From positions 810 to 64,809 of IMG/VR virus record IMGVR_UViG_3300048672_000282: a stretch of 64,000 nucleotides of DNA; one strand, given 5' to 3'. Positions 37,201 to 45,600 of the stretch are shown here, in pieces (positions within the stretch are counted from its first letter, which is position 1; every line of letters begins with the position of its first letter). A model generated the notes under the pieces. It ran no database searches, was not told the DNA's origin, and was given only the letters and a program-made list of their open reading frames with translations. The translations under genes were made by a program, and so were the position numbers. This DNA is from a virus (taxonomy: Duplodnaviria; Caudoviricetes).

Positions 37201-38777
37201 TTATTATCAAGATAAGTATTGTCACTTACTTGAATAACAGGTGTATTATCACTTAAAACATGTGTTGGAATAAATGCGGGCGCTGGTTGCTCACCCGCTG
37301 TTTGATCTAGCAGGGTTTCTTGCCTTTGCCTGGCATCGGCATTTTTCCTTTCATCGGCATTTTTGATTTTGCCATTTTGGTTCTCCGGTGGTTGAATGGC
37401 CTCTTGCGAGGGCGTTACTTGCTCAATAGGGATATTTCCCCGTTGATTGCTAATTCCAGCTTGTTCAGGCGTTCCAGTATACAACTCTGCCGGTGCTTCT
37501 GTTCTAGGTGCAACAGCCTGATATTCATTTCTTCTAGCGCCTGTGTCTGTGCTACTAATAGGCTCTCCATCGCGTCTAGTCTGCTCTCCATTAATTACCT
37601 CGTCACGCGCATTAGTAGTGACGGGTACATTAACAGGCGCGACAGGTTGTCTATTGCCTTGTTCCTGTTGAGATACCTCAGCATTAGGTATGTTGATAGC
37701 ATTGGGTATTGTTTCATTTATTTGCGCTCCTGTATTTGCTGCTTTTGTTAGTGGCCCGCTAAATTTATTATACAACACAGTTCCAGCACCAGCCAAACCA
37801 CCTGTTAATGCGGCTTGTTGCAATACTGGAACCGCTACTTCATTAAACGATTGTTTCCAATCAGAAGGCGATAACATAGAACGTTGAGACTGATCGCTAA
37901 CACCTGCATTCGATTCTATATTGTGTTGAAATTGCTGGGTAATTGTTTCAGTTGGTAATTCTTCACCAGCTATGCCAACACCAGCTTTTATTACCCTACC
38001 TGCTAAACCTTTTGCTGGGCCGCTGAATACTTTACCCAATAGTCCTGTGGCAATAGGTGTTCCAACCGCTTCCGGTATCGCTTCTGCCAATCCATGCTGC
38101 ATGGCGTAAGGTTGTAATCTTTCTTGCTCGCCTAATAATTCTTGATCTGTCGGACTTCTGCCTTTTTCTTGTTGCATTTTTTGCGAAAAAGTATCTAATC
38201 CTTGTCTCATAAACATCGCTGAATCAGCTCTATGAGCAAGAGCACCTGACGCTAATGCCTGTGCGCCATAACCGGCAACAGGATTCATGGTTATGGCACT
38301 GGTTCCAAGTCCTGCTGCACCTGCCGCCGCTAAACTTCCTAATGAAAATGGAATAGACGCTGCGGTATTAGCCCAATCCGCTTTAGTACCAAAAAGTGTT
38401 TTATCTTGTGCGTCCGGCGCTGTTTGACGCTCTTGCTGCAATTTGTTTGCTGCTTGTGACCACTCATCAAACTTGTTTTTTTCATCAAGAGGCCGTGTTC
38501 CTTCTGCTACATTGGCAATATAACCCTTAATATATGTTGGCTGATCAAGGATTGTTTGGCCTAATGCCGGTAGTGTATTAATAAATCGTTTCCCTAATCC
38601 TATTTTTGGTTGTTCAGGAAATACGTCTTTGTAATCACTAAAATGCTCTGCAAAGGTAGTTTTAGGCTTTTCATTTAATACATCATTGTAACCTTGAAAA
38701 GCATCTTTAAATGTTGCCATTATATTGGCCTTATTGAGTAGGTTGTTGTCTTTTCTTTGCGCGTTTTCTTGCTTCAA
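25257..38777 (-). CDS. Giant polyvalent (DarB-like, injected internal virion) protein: N6-adenine MTase, several ART-like domains, HExxH peptidase-like domain, LPD38-like C-terminus
   Basis: DYFPTP..LEPSAGNG..MNPPFS; LYHGS..GHFFTD; WHGG..IGTGEGAQAFGYGIYFT; THELIH; VRTPEFKAWF; NFNRKG..LYLFFN, PVPYGY. Confidence 0.85.
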   Translation of the reverse strand: MKQENAQRKDNNLLNKANIMATFKDAFQGYNDVLNEKPKTTFAEHFSDYKDVFPEQPKIGLGKRFINTLPALGQTILDQPTYIKGYIANVAEGTRPLDEKNKFDEWSQAANKLQQERQTAPDAQDKTLFGTKADWANTAASIPFSLGSLAAAGAAGLGTSAITMNPVAGYGAQALASGALAHRADSAMFMRQGLDTFSQKMQQEKGRSPTDQELLGEQERLQPYAMQHGLAEAIPEAVGTPIATGLLGKVFSGPAKGLAGRVIKAGVGIAGEELPTETITQQFQHNIESNAGVSDQSQRSMLSPSDWKQSFNEVAVPVLQQAALTGGLAGAGTVLYNKFSGPLTKAANTGAQINETIPNAINIPNAEVSQQEQGNRQPVAPVNVPVTTNARDEVINGEQTRRDGEPISSTDTGARRNEYQAVAPRTEAPAELYTGTPEQAGISNQRGNIPIEQVTPSQEAIQPPENQNGKIKNADERKNADARQRQETLLDQTAGEQPAPAFIPTHVLSDNTPVIQVSDNTYLDNNGYEWTDDYATKLTQDDAKRIAEANTAQQEQQRASVDTSRAEENIPQAESVAENKKPVQEEVKQPWQVDSYTFANEPAYKNVNPFYDKEYNTDNGNSWNQYLDETKNYHKEIVDKALQENQPVPAEVLKDYPDLEAKYATNERREIPVQTQPAKGAVTGSQEAESAVRAEENKSDASRINEATTQVPSEQTAEIPATAQTEIQQRETQPSIPPQAEMVETGTPTSEATQAKPDTASAKDIAEQKRINQGLSNEGISKEYDVKSFNKLPLPARRYAEYAAQEEARKSQGEYVDGTIPKERQADSKSYINVKTKGTPERKQLLSDYESYLRQNAQNKLLDNQAQSTNTPMAVSQQTNAESKTQGAQIPAISEGNVQNESAIRKGSEATNQAIQEPLTEQSLVQKNTTPEEKNTPETSRTEAGNVNQPAKETLTTPTAKETLTPEPLLNQATVKQNLSVPVLQNKPILGYSQIATIQKNAYARNKPDDFIPNLLKRSDTKDIAFSKAGKDNPNDIGLVYTELTRVHDGVASTKESKLLANQLDKDNFVVGRVVDQKKENTFFVLNKDTGTVVSDAGKTRKQAIDSFVTKVNTIGIEKAKSLFARDKETNSGFNQSIVDKYSTPLTSITPQNLSFEDKRFLDRHWDADTNQSQTLFKAQPAAQVAATKLSKILNQPVEVKSEGKDFRLIAKPTVAEGALEIIKPVSTDNVQTIRQANTQTAPQAESPVISESQLNKPTPSLTANAPVTATPQQLKAAARLRTIGQSSLDKALTEINKPRDTHTTRMARNAGSAIDESLKAQALAQTTLNIANAHERGETKALAKVGNKTQIEQLNTLVNQAMYARDSKRWDYQEQKNHKGRPAETEDVEFIKYPKVSENNYEWEKKEVAQQQSRLKAMGINNAQELKAAAKEFIKYRTQKGEEDAITKAERALVGNKGVGIDYFPTPKPLAERMAKLAGIKEGSRVLEPSAGNGNLADAAKANGAKVDTVEISSNLRDVLKAKGYPIVANDFTEYTPAEKYDSVIMNPPFSKNQDIEHVQRAYDMVKPGGKVVAIMGEHAFFASDKKSVAAKEWLDKVGAEVEKLPAGTFQDKSLIKQTGVNARLVTITKRSEPLFSKAETTESLSESEKYSIKFIEAHGLSPKPNKADLVTLEEKGLVKSVPGPMAGRNIYKYTDKGKAISEALKTEDRLHRLAGVKKTSNPNEAKTGQPILMQLYHGSFVDFDKFDNEVLGINTKADSAVQGHFFTDNPKAASHPYYATPTIRQAEEYAAARLGIDINKKVNQYKWNDKDKTNAFQDAIMKWEGIFKYDSNESEREQLLEKYHEEAKTLLNKELKSSRIKDHKDYQWSGITETVFALAEYHRPFGFYEKVKDAVENKNQDLIKEGTFDFAKKIVQLFKPIYDKQRILDEYNTAVRASAKFHDHVYEDDYAPSRFAGKETAPVVYPVYTWLKNPLVYDYENQDMQATKLSYTKVIEKAKEEGRDGAILLNVNDPLPMNSVVMFNTNQIRSINAKFIYDNKDSSDLLASKTTQPATGSTVAQVQAMQPMQSKPIQTMQKAGKLVVMDSVKSLPEGVLNTGETLLHGAWHGGPHDFEKFDSNKIGTGEGAQAFGYGIYFTDEKGIAEHYRDIEKGNAISYKKEFEHNGFKYIPERGMSGINFYKENLNIKDETERYKKRERIYQNEYLKELENSGNFKQGKLYNVELAPKQEEYLDWNKSMLSQSDTVSKALGMNLEEIGRYREIQEALDTLDKNGKLDSPEWIKLVSEARDIRSKANLFMNASDYYHELSRDKGSDKAASDYLHSLGIRGIRYKAEGGKSSANNYVIFSDDDITIKNKYSKSLQGAEALYDPDNDKMYLFANNITEKTLPIVLTHELIHRAEYVDPKIKAVFNRFETDLQNRFNLNAKGIGTKEELDAYKRVITAMTPVENQAIEYRAYLGEQFAKEPTSLTGKIAKIFKELFAQLRMFLMRNGVDFGTVRSLTPADLWAASKYGMAVKQEKVNQDYRSRIDAVANGNLASATPERIYSALHRAILSDKIPKQAMLNANSLKQWLENPGNLGKAGIKADEVYWSGITDFLDAKAANKQKITREDLDAFMRDTGTVRTEDVVLSDDVGLSKEEKELIKEREELIASNSFLAENPNHLVNRARYSEITGRLSELESTRETPVKTKYADSNYVIPGGKNYIERIVTIPAVEAWGGADAVHFGDTGKGKQVMWTREDERVDADGNEGRLVNEFQSRRGQEGRTKGFKVKKVEKYVPIVKLPNEYKVELSKRHVNPTYIVTFGDKNQFWLGFRSGKMIEESTEELAKEAALTVLNGRELSRIREIELKNSINTVPPAPFIADSKNKATDAYITLLFKKTLSDAIDKGQKFVAWTRGDQQSDFYDLSKQIKAVSYHQDKKDFYYVQVNGDTSGAIKVDADKLQDYIGKEAAKKLLEQPKNDRGYQKLSGLDLKIDAPWAAAMYGDENGMDANGKPAMITQAAMEIAKKFGGKVGSVEIEGWVETGQKGMQIPGTLKQPALIITPEMAEKVRSEGMPLFSKQGQRLAPNGKPSNLNAVQYAQVRTPEFKAWFKNSQVIDENGDPKPMFQGTAEDISEFNGFVKWFAADKKFASEYAEMRDYNKGTGGNVIPAFLKSEHPFDADRLTKGDDTIASFVTEMAQQAKDNGIKFNNEDVKKLLDIIKQSAREEESGPHYFPYNFWMENTSFFGTKGSKAISDLFNLFKFDSINFTEDGIQTVGVLNPNQVKSAIGNTGAFSPTNNNILFSMRSQTEEQPTDLQETSNNYFKVSTEIYEKRGNDEYRRVPVEIIKTDDYKLMDTLEILPGGHIKFYNPLGTRSEHTNTLKNWFQDFIAEKINKEIKDTKGFWRFTFNKNEPKLIENKTIRNSINHADNFSEKGIAVTNHPGYGVLGYKYGYKVDGEIVGYGSDGEPLLNSSTIKVISPIKTTESIDKWYFPKRNKALKKILNQLKMSFDVYEALKSGSFIELNTEEFYKNPLVNVETVSTDLGNTGAFSTTNNNILFSTRSQTEEQSTNLPEETKLEAARRVVQDKMIRFKTIQEDKELKASKQGGYTGTDINEARAYMKAKGIVNPVRDETNVYQADSIREGIATELIKDFDEMTVRPLVKEAQAANLTLDDISDFLKMQHAEEANKRIRKIKPDQPTATAYGVEDAEAQAAMAAYKARPDYAQLKAVADKWRSITDLILQMKVKEGIIPQSQADAYHATFQLYVPVKGADEGIQGTGKGLSVYAKDKRRLGHGERDERIIENIIKDYKTTIIAIEKNKIGRIAANFIREVNDPEIGTIGQPVKRQVFMPGAKHYMVTYHGSDVMAFDNINDARRYADEESLKLGRVRKDFIIDTTTEDGRVVLMAKPMLADNEFQYYENGAAIRGQWNDELLARAYKNLGIDEVGKIIEGARIVNSYLSKAYTGWSPQFIIKNPIRDAIQGFITNTSKFGIKEAGKIMAAYPHAMKELYKHFKNYNSSEEVNAYRKSGGSTGAAYMSDTDRIGRDMMDAYNEYAGAVDTYNRTYNDAIAAGRSPTIARINALAKAGKAGFTKTPFIGHFVNLMERMNSITENALRLATFNTLKADGYSNAQAAAAAKDLMNFNRKGEMTTQLGALYLFFNPNMQGTHVLLSALTSGPHKQQARALAGTMVLAAYLAAEAMRGGGDDDEEKWKMIPGNLKDRNLIFGSGDTKYMLPVPYGYGIFHTLGNALSDVAHGESGYKAGIRLTAALFDNFSPFGNPIDSEHGAFQLLPTMPKMVLATSVNENNFGAPIMPDKWNEAKPDSQTMWRNTKGSAYAGLAETMNNLSGGSKYKAGLVDVSPESLRFWLTSLTGGAGQFALDSINAGMTGTKGAAIETKEIPVVKAFTHEVGVQDARQAYYKAVDEAKEAAGSFRLAKAAHDTEAMAEMMKDNAPLLALAKFATKQQKMIKSLRDAQDSIRISDMPLAQKRLQLKEMEKKEMQVYENFLLAFGKVK
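28114..28955. repeat. Two roughly 70-bp direct repeats (28114-28184 and 28885-28955) flanking an AT-rich in-frame module
   Basis: ttctgtttgagagcgc..ctaaacaggatattattattcgt...actgaatgcgccggtgtt in both copies; spacing 771 bp = 257 codons. Confidence 0.9.
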
Positions 38778-40497
38778 GTATTGCCAAATATTCTGTTAAA
38801 GCAGGATTCATACTTTCGGGAACAGGTTCGTTACTGTCTTTATATTTTGCAAATAATTTATCAAGCTCTGCTGCTCTTGGCGAATTTAATAATTGACTAT
38901 CCATTGCATCTTGTTGGCCCTCATCATTCCCTAATACCTTATATTCACCTGTGCGCTTATTGTATATGGAAGGATTAGTTATAACTTGATTCCCCAAAGC
39001 ATCAATTACTTTTTGCCCCGGGCTATAAACAGTTTCAGAGTTATTTAACTCTCTTTCTTTATAGTCGATTCCATATCGGCCTATTTCATTCTGTGTTTGT
39101 GCTTGATTCATATTTGCAACAGCATTGATATATTCAGGCGTGTACATCTGCATATTACTTTCAGTCATTGGCCCTGGATCATCCCAACCAATAACTTTTC
39201 TTTTAAATCCTGGCTGCGGCCCAGGCGCATAACCACCGCTTAAATCAACTATATCAGGATTCTTAGACGGTATGTATTTACCTCCTTCAAATGATCCGTA
39301 GGGAACTCCTGCTTGCGGACTTCTTAATGGCTGTAACTGTGGTGTTTGTGCTAATTGTGGCTGCTTTGGCTGTTGTTCTGCCGCCTGTGCTATTGTTTGC
39401 CATTGTGGACTGGGGTTTGCTGGCAATAACTGTTGTGCTTGTACTTGTTGAGATGGTATTGTTTGCTGCGCTATTTTTGGTTGAGTTTGTGGCACTTGTC
39501 CATTATACCAACCCTTTTTAACATCTTCAATCATAGACGGTATTTTAGCTAAGTCGTTAATGTTATTTGGCGAATTTACTGGTTGGTAATTATAGACTGA
39601 TTTTGCCATTTCACTCAATTTTTGCATTTTGGTTTTCTCGTCTTTTGTTGACACACCCTCAGCAGCATGAACCTCCCCATTCTTAATGTCTGGAGGTGGT
39701 GGCTCTGAACCTGTTACAAATTTAACCAAGTTATTGAAATAATCTACGCCATATTGTTTAACTACTTCTGGCGCAATGATTCTTTCATTGTTAGAAACTT
39801 TAGCTTTTACGCCTACTTTTTCTTGAGTTTGGTTTGATGCAAACTGATCCCAAAATTTAGGCGGATAAGCCTTGTCAACATTCGCAGGGATAACAAAAGC
39901 TCCATTTGGCAATAGTGTACTTATACTATCACTTGTCTCTGTGCCTGGCCCTTTAACCATTCCCAGCTTTACCTTGCCTCCTTTTTTAAAAGGTAGTTCA
40001 TCATCATATTCACCAGATAAAACTCTTTGTCTATATGTTTCTGGGTATAATCGTTCCATTTCTTGCAAAGCATAACTATTTTCCCCACCATGAAATTGCA
40101 TAGCATTGGATTTTTCATTAAACAAAGCATCTTGTGGCGATTCTTCCTCAGTATCGCCTATTGTTGCCTTATTGTGCATCCAATCTCTAAAGTCTGGCTG
40201 TCCTCCGCGCTTTAATCCAACAGCGCCACCTTTTGAATATCCCGGTGCAGGAAACATTGCACCTAATTTGTCCTTGTATTGTGGATTTTTATACGGAAAT
40301 TTAGTCACAAAATCGTTTGCATTTTGCTGTACCATTTGACTATCGACTATATTTCTACCTACACCTAATGCGGCTTGTGGCACTGCGTCTCTAAGTTTTT
40401 TCGCGGCATTGTAAGCGGCACTGTTCGCAGTCATCTTAGCGCGAAGTTTACCAGTATCTATAATTGCTTGGTTTGATGGTTTTGTTAGTGCGTTCAT
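38731..40497 (-). CDS. Probable internal virion (ejection) protein
   Basis: GPGTETSDSI and VSNNERI motifs, Gln-rich; precedes the giant protein. Confidence 0.6.
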   Translation of the reverse strand: MNALTKPSNQAIIDTGKLRAKMTANSAAYNAAKKLRDAVPQAALGVGRNIVDSQMVQQNANDFVTKFPYKNPQYKDKLGAMFPAPGYSKGGAVGLKRGGQPDFRDWMHNKATIGDTEEESPQDALFNEKSNAMQFHGGENSYALQEMERLYPETYRQRVLSGEYDDELPFKKGGKVKLGMVKGPGTETSDSISTLLPNGAFVIPANVDKAYPPKFWDQFASNQTQEKVGVKAKVSNNERIIAPEVVKQYGVDYFNNLVKFVTGSEPPPPDIKNGEVHAAEGVSTKDEKTKMQKLSEMAKSVYNYQPVNSPNNINDLAKIPSMIEDVKKGWYNGQVPQTQPKIAQQTIPSQQVQAQQLLPANPSPQWQTIAQAAEQQPKQPQLAQTPQLQPLRSPQAGVPYGSFEGGKYIPSKNPDIVDLSGGYAPGPQPGFKRKVIGWDDPGPMTESNMQMYTPEYINAVANMNQAQTQNEIGRYGIDYKERELNNSETVYSPGQKVIDALGNQVITNPSIYNKRTGEYKVLGNDEGQQDAMDSQLLNSPRAAELDKLFAKYKDSNEPVPESMNPALTEYLAILEARKRAKKRQQPTQ

Positions 40498-40501
40498 TTT
40501 T

Positions 40502-40690
40502 TTACCACTTCCCTTTCGGGCATTTTGACGTAATTAATTTGTTTGATAATATCTTAAACCACAACACACAACAACATATAGAACAGCGTTTTATTCCTGC
40601 TATTGTTGTTATATACTCACAGTTGTTACAAATTTCCATTGCATTTTTTATAAATTCTTTGCCTTGTAATTTTATTGCATCATCAATCAT
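40502..40690 (-). CDS. Small Cys-rich protein (DUF6171-like)
   Basis: C..C.Y, C..C.C, CP.GKW. Confidence 0.6.
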   Translation of the reverse strand: MIDDAIKLQGKEFIKNAMEICNNCEYITTIAGIKRCSICCCVLWFKILSNKLITSKCPKGKW

Positions 40691-42396
40691 TCTGGCTGTT
40701 TAACAAAAACAATATTATTTAATAATTGTGATTGAATGGATAGTTCTTCATCAATATAAAATTGTCCTACTTTTATTTTTATTTCTGTTTTATCAATTAC
40801 TTTATCTATAGGCAATTCATAAATACCATCATTTGTATATAGTTTTATATTATAACGTCCTGTATCTTCACTTTTTATATACGCAGTAACCGTATGCTCT
40901 CCCCACTCAACATAATTATCAATGCCAAAATAATCTTGAACATTAAATTCATATCTTATATTTAAATCAGCATATCCGCCACCATTATCATTATATATAG
41001 CAGTCGGCGTTCCTTCTACAAATGCTCTAGCTACTAAATAATAATTTTCATCCGTAATAGAACTTCCATTAGCAAGGTATTTATTTTTAACTTCATCGCT
41101 CCATCTAAATTGTTCATCTTCCCCTTTGAAGGGCAACATAATCAATGATTCTTCGCCATTCCCTTCATTCCATTCAGTCAATTCAAATTTACCTTGATCA
41201 AGCAATAACCCGGTTTCAACGATAACGCCGCCATGGTCATCTGTGCGCTTATAAATAATCCCTACATTTTCATCAAACCATTCATAAACTCGATCTTCTT
41301 CAATAGGCAATAAAGCTTTTCCCGCGTCATAAGCTGCTTCCGAAAGTCCATTAGCTATAGTTCCTTTTATTTCTGCTACAACACTTCCTTGATAGGCTAC
41401 TTTTTCATCTGTATTATCAAAGGCAACCGACGCACCACTTTTCCAGCATTGTCCTAAATTATAATACCAATCCCCTGTGTACCAAACGCCAGGATAATCC
41501 ATATTTCCAGCTGACGCATATTCCGTATTTGCACCGTTTTCAGTAACTACGACTGATGTTAAAGGATAACTCCCTGCTTCCATAGTTGATGATTCCCATC
41601 TAATATCATTTCCATCAATTGTCGCACATACCCCCTCTGCATATTCGACAGAAGATGTCCATGACCAACCATCATTAGGCGTTGGCTGTCCGACTGTATC
41701 CCACGAATATAAATACGGCCCTGTAAATATATACTCACGAACATGGTTCATATCATTTGCATATACAGTTTGTATTTCTTCATCTGTTGCAGCAACAATA
41801 TATTTTGCATTATGATCAGGATACCCATCCCATGTCATATCACCTTCATATATATCATGATTTTGTAAAATCTTTTCCGATGGCGTTTTTAAATCAAAAT
41901 CAAAATAATAATAGTAAAAATCAGGATTATCAGAATAGTAAGTTACTATGTAACCAAATAAATAATGTTCCGGTATTTTTTCTTCCTTTTTCTCTGGCTC
42001 TTCTTCTTCCCATCCTTTGCGCTTAACTTCATAATCATCGTGCGCCTCAAACTCGACAACAGGCGCTTCAAATTCATGCGGAAATTCAGGCAATTCCTGA
42101 AAGCGTGTGACTCGCTTAGGCTGTGGTTTCGGCGCTACATTAATGTTAACTATATCTGTTTTTACAGTCCCATTATAGGATGATGCAAACACTGTTACCC
42201 CCGGCGCTATCTGTATTTTTCTTAACCCTGACTGCAACTCGCCAAGCTGAATCCCCTGCTTTAGCTCTCCTAAAACTTTCCTTGCTTCTCCTATATAGCG
42301 TTGTGCGGCAACAGTATCACCTGTGAAACGAAAATTGACATTATCAAGTTCCTTTCCACCTAGTTCAATACTGTCGTCTTCATCGCCTATTTTCAT
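40687..42396 (-). CDS. Acidic hypothetical (probably structural) protein
   Basis: 569 aa, coupled within the late operon. Confidence 0.6.
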   Translation of the reverse strand: MKIGDEDDSIELGGKELDNVNFRFTGDTVAAQRYIGEARKVLGELKQGIQLGELQSGLRKIQIAPGVTVFASSYNGTVKTDIVNINVAPKPQPKRVTRFQELPEFPHEFEAPVVEFEAHDDYEVKRKGWEEEEPEKKEEKIPEHYLFGYIVTYYSDNPDFYYYYFDFDLKTPSEKILQNHDIYEGDMTWDGYPDHNAKYIVAATDEEIQTVYANDMNHVREYIFTGPYLYSWDTVGQPTPNDGWSWTSSVEYAEGVCATIDGNDIRWESSTMEAGSYPLTSVVVTENGANTEYASAGNMDYPGVWYTGDWYYNLGQCWKSGASVAFDNTDEKVAYQGSVVAEIKGTIANGLSEAAYDAGKALLPIEEDRVYEWFDENVGIIYKRTDDHGGVIVETGLLLDQGKFELTEWNEGNGEESLIMLPFKGEDEQFRWSDEVKNKYLANGSSITDENYYLVARAFVEGTPTAIYNDNGGGYADLNIRYEFNVQDYFGIDNYVEWGEHTVTAYIKSEDTGRYNIKLYTNDGIYELPIDKVIDKTEIKIKVGQFYIDEELSIQSQLLNNIVFVKQPE

Positions 42397-42689
42397 CCTA
42401 TTGTTACACCGCCCGATGTATCGCGTTCTTGCGTTACTGTTTTTTCGTAATTATCAGTGTTATGTTGAACTTCTGTTTCTTGTTCAATATCTTCATCAGT
42501 TTTTATTCGATTAACAATTTCAGTTTCATTACGAATTTTACTGTTTGATGTTATATCAAGCTCATTTTCAACAGTATTTTCAATACGATTTCTGGTAATT
42601 AATTCATGTTCTATTTCATGCTCTTCACGCACAACATTAGAAAAACTACTGGTATTGGTTATTATTGTTCTATCAGTATATGTTCCCAT
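42393..42689 (-). CDS. 98-aa protein with beta-strand-like composition
   Basis: T/E/I/N/V-rich, no Pro, Gly only near the ends. Confidence 0.6.
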   Translation of the reverse strand: MGTYTDRTIITNTSSFSNVVREEHEIEHELITRNRIENTVENELDITSNSKIRNETEIVNRIKTDEDIEQETEVQHNTDNYEKTVTQERDTSGGVTIG

Positions 42690-42691
42690 AA

Positions 42692-45600
42692 TTAATCACT
42701 ATAAGTATGTATGTATTGCGTAGACGAACTAACAGAAGATGTTGATATGTTTGATGTGCTAGTATTTGTATTTGTATTGTTTGCTGTTATATTACTTGTT
42801 GAATTAGTTGTATTATTATTTGTATTGTTTGCCGTTATCGCACTTATCGCATTACTTGTTGATGTAATAGCACTGGTATTAGTATTTGTGGAAGTTGAAT
42901 TAACATCACTTGTGCTAGTATTATTACTTGTAACATTGCTTGTAGTATTGCTAATATTATCATCGGCTCCCACAGACGCGCTACCACTTAAACCCACCGT
43001 TGAACCTGAATGCACCTGTGCTGAAAAGTTAGTTGTTGATGCAAATGCAGAAACTAATTGACTCTGGACTTGTGCCATAGCCTTGTATCCCTGAGTTACC
43101 AAGTCTTTAAATGTTATCAAATTTGCAACATTCGCTTTTGCAGCCTCAATATCCAATTCAGCCTGTTTAACTAATGCTTCAATCTCATTTTTCTGTATCT
43201 GCACCTCGGCATTAATGCGTGTTCCCTCGGAATCAACCAACGTTCCAAAAGCCTGTGCATCAGTCTGATATACTCTTGATAATGCTTCAAGTTCTGAACT
43301 TTTCGCTTGAATCTGTGATTTATACACATCAACATTCGAGTTATTAATATCTACCGTTGCAGAAATACGCTTGGCTTCTGCATTAGTCTCAGTCTCGAAT
43401 AGACGAGTTAACATTTCATTGTTGCCAGTAATTGCTCTAATCCTTTCTGACTCAGCTTCTACCACTGTTTTAAAGCTATCCACCAACAATTTAGAACTAT
43501 TATTTATAGCTTGCAGACGTTGGCTCTCTGCTTCTACTTCCGTTCTATAAACACTGGCATTACCGTCATTAGTCGCAATAACAGATTTTAGTCTTTCTGC
43601 CTCAGCTTGTATCATTGTTTGAAACAAAGAAGCTATAGTTCGATTAGACTCATTTAGCGCATTAATTCTTGATGCTTCCGCATCGGTACTGGTACGATAA
43701 AGATTAACCTCGCCCTGATTTTTGTCAGTAATCGCTTTAAGCCTTTCACTCTCGCCTGTTATTTGCTTTCCATACAAGTCTATAAGCCCTGCATTAACGT
43801 CTGAAATACTTCTAAGCCTTGCGCTCTCGGCCTCTACACCTATCCGATAAAGTTCGCTAAATGTCTTGTTAACATTATTGATTGCTTCAAGTCTTGTTGC
43901 TTCTGCCTGTGTTTCAGTGCTAAATGTATCAACTTCGAGTTTTGATATTTCATTAAGTGCAGATAAGCGTTTTGTCTCGGCAGTCGTAGTAATATCATAT
44001 ACTGTAGCTTCTGTACGATTTAAATCATTCAGCGCGGTAATCCTGGCTACCTCGCTATCAACCGCTATTTTATATAAATCGGCTATAGTACGATTGCTTT
44101 CATTAAGGCTTTGCAATCTTTGTGTTTCTGCATCAGTGCTAGTCCTAAATAGTTCCACATTATTACGATTAACATCGCCAATGCTTGCAAGACGCTTGGC
44201 TTCTGCATCGATAGAGGCGCTATAAAGAGAAATATTATCCTTATTGATATTAGAAAGAGCTGAAAGTCTTGAGCCTTCTGCTTCAACATCAGTTCTATAC
44301 ATATCAGTAAATGTACGGTTAACCTCATTCAATGCTTGTAGCCTGGTGCTTTCAGCTTCCGTTTCTGTTTTAAATAACGTTATTTCCTGTGCATTTATTT
44401 CATTAAGACTGGAAATACGTTGTGTCTCAGCATCAGTGGTTATCTTGTAAACATTGGCATTTGTTTCGTTTAATGAATTTAGTGCCTGTATTCTTTGTGA
44501 TTCACTTTCGACAGCCATTTTGAACAAGTCAACAATAGTTCTGTTCGATTCATTTAAACTTTGAAGGCGTTGTGATTCTGCTGTTGTTACCGTTGCAAAT
44601 AAATCAACATTGGATTTGTTGGTTTCTATAATTGCTTGTAACCGCTTTGCTTCTGCATCTACGGATGCTGAATATAACGACACATTATCTTTATTGATGT
44701 TTGAAAGAGCTGATAACCTTGATGATTCACCATTTATACTAGCATTATAAACATCTACATTTGCGCGGTTAACCTCTGTAAGTGCATTTAATCTTGAACT
44801 TTCTGCATCGTTTGTCGTTTTATATAAATCCACTTCCATGCGGTTAATATCGTTATAACTTTGGATGCGTTTTGCTTCGGCATCCGTAGTAATCTGAAAC
44901 AAATTAGCTTCGGTATCATTTACCCTGGCAAGGGATTCAATTCTACGTGCTTCCGCTTCTACTGTTGCTCTAAACAATTCAGTCAATAAACGGTTAATAT
45001 CAGCTTCAACCTGTACTCTTGCTGATTCAGCCTGTACTCCTGTTGCATATACTTCTGCTTCGGTTTTGTTGCTAAGATTTATGCTTTCAATCCTGCGTCC
45101 TTCTGCATCAGTTTCAGTGCTGAAAACCTGTGCCTTAACCTTATTTGTTTCAGAAATAGCGGCAAGCCTTTCTTTTTCAGCCGTTACCAGAACTGAATAC
45201 AGTTCAGATATAGTTTTGTTAATGTTATTTTCGGCATCAAGACGCTGCGCTTCTGCATCAACCTGAGTTTTAAAAATATCGGCATTAACTTTATTGCTAT
45301 CAGAAATAGCCAAAAGCCGTTTGTATTCACTATCATTAGTGCTTGAAAATGCATCGACATTAGTTTTAAATGTTGTATTTAATGCTTCTATTCGGCTAGT
45401 CTCAGCCTGTACTCCAATCTGATATATTTGAGCATTGGTTTGATTAACCTGGTTTAAGGCATTTAGACGTTCACTTTCTGCCTGAATCTGTGCCTTAAAT
45501 ACCTCAACCTGTTTACCAAGAATATCTAGTGGAACATCTACATTCACTCGCACATCTGCATCCAACTTTTTAACCTTGGCATCAGTTACAGCCCCGTATG

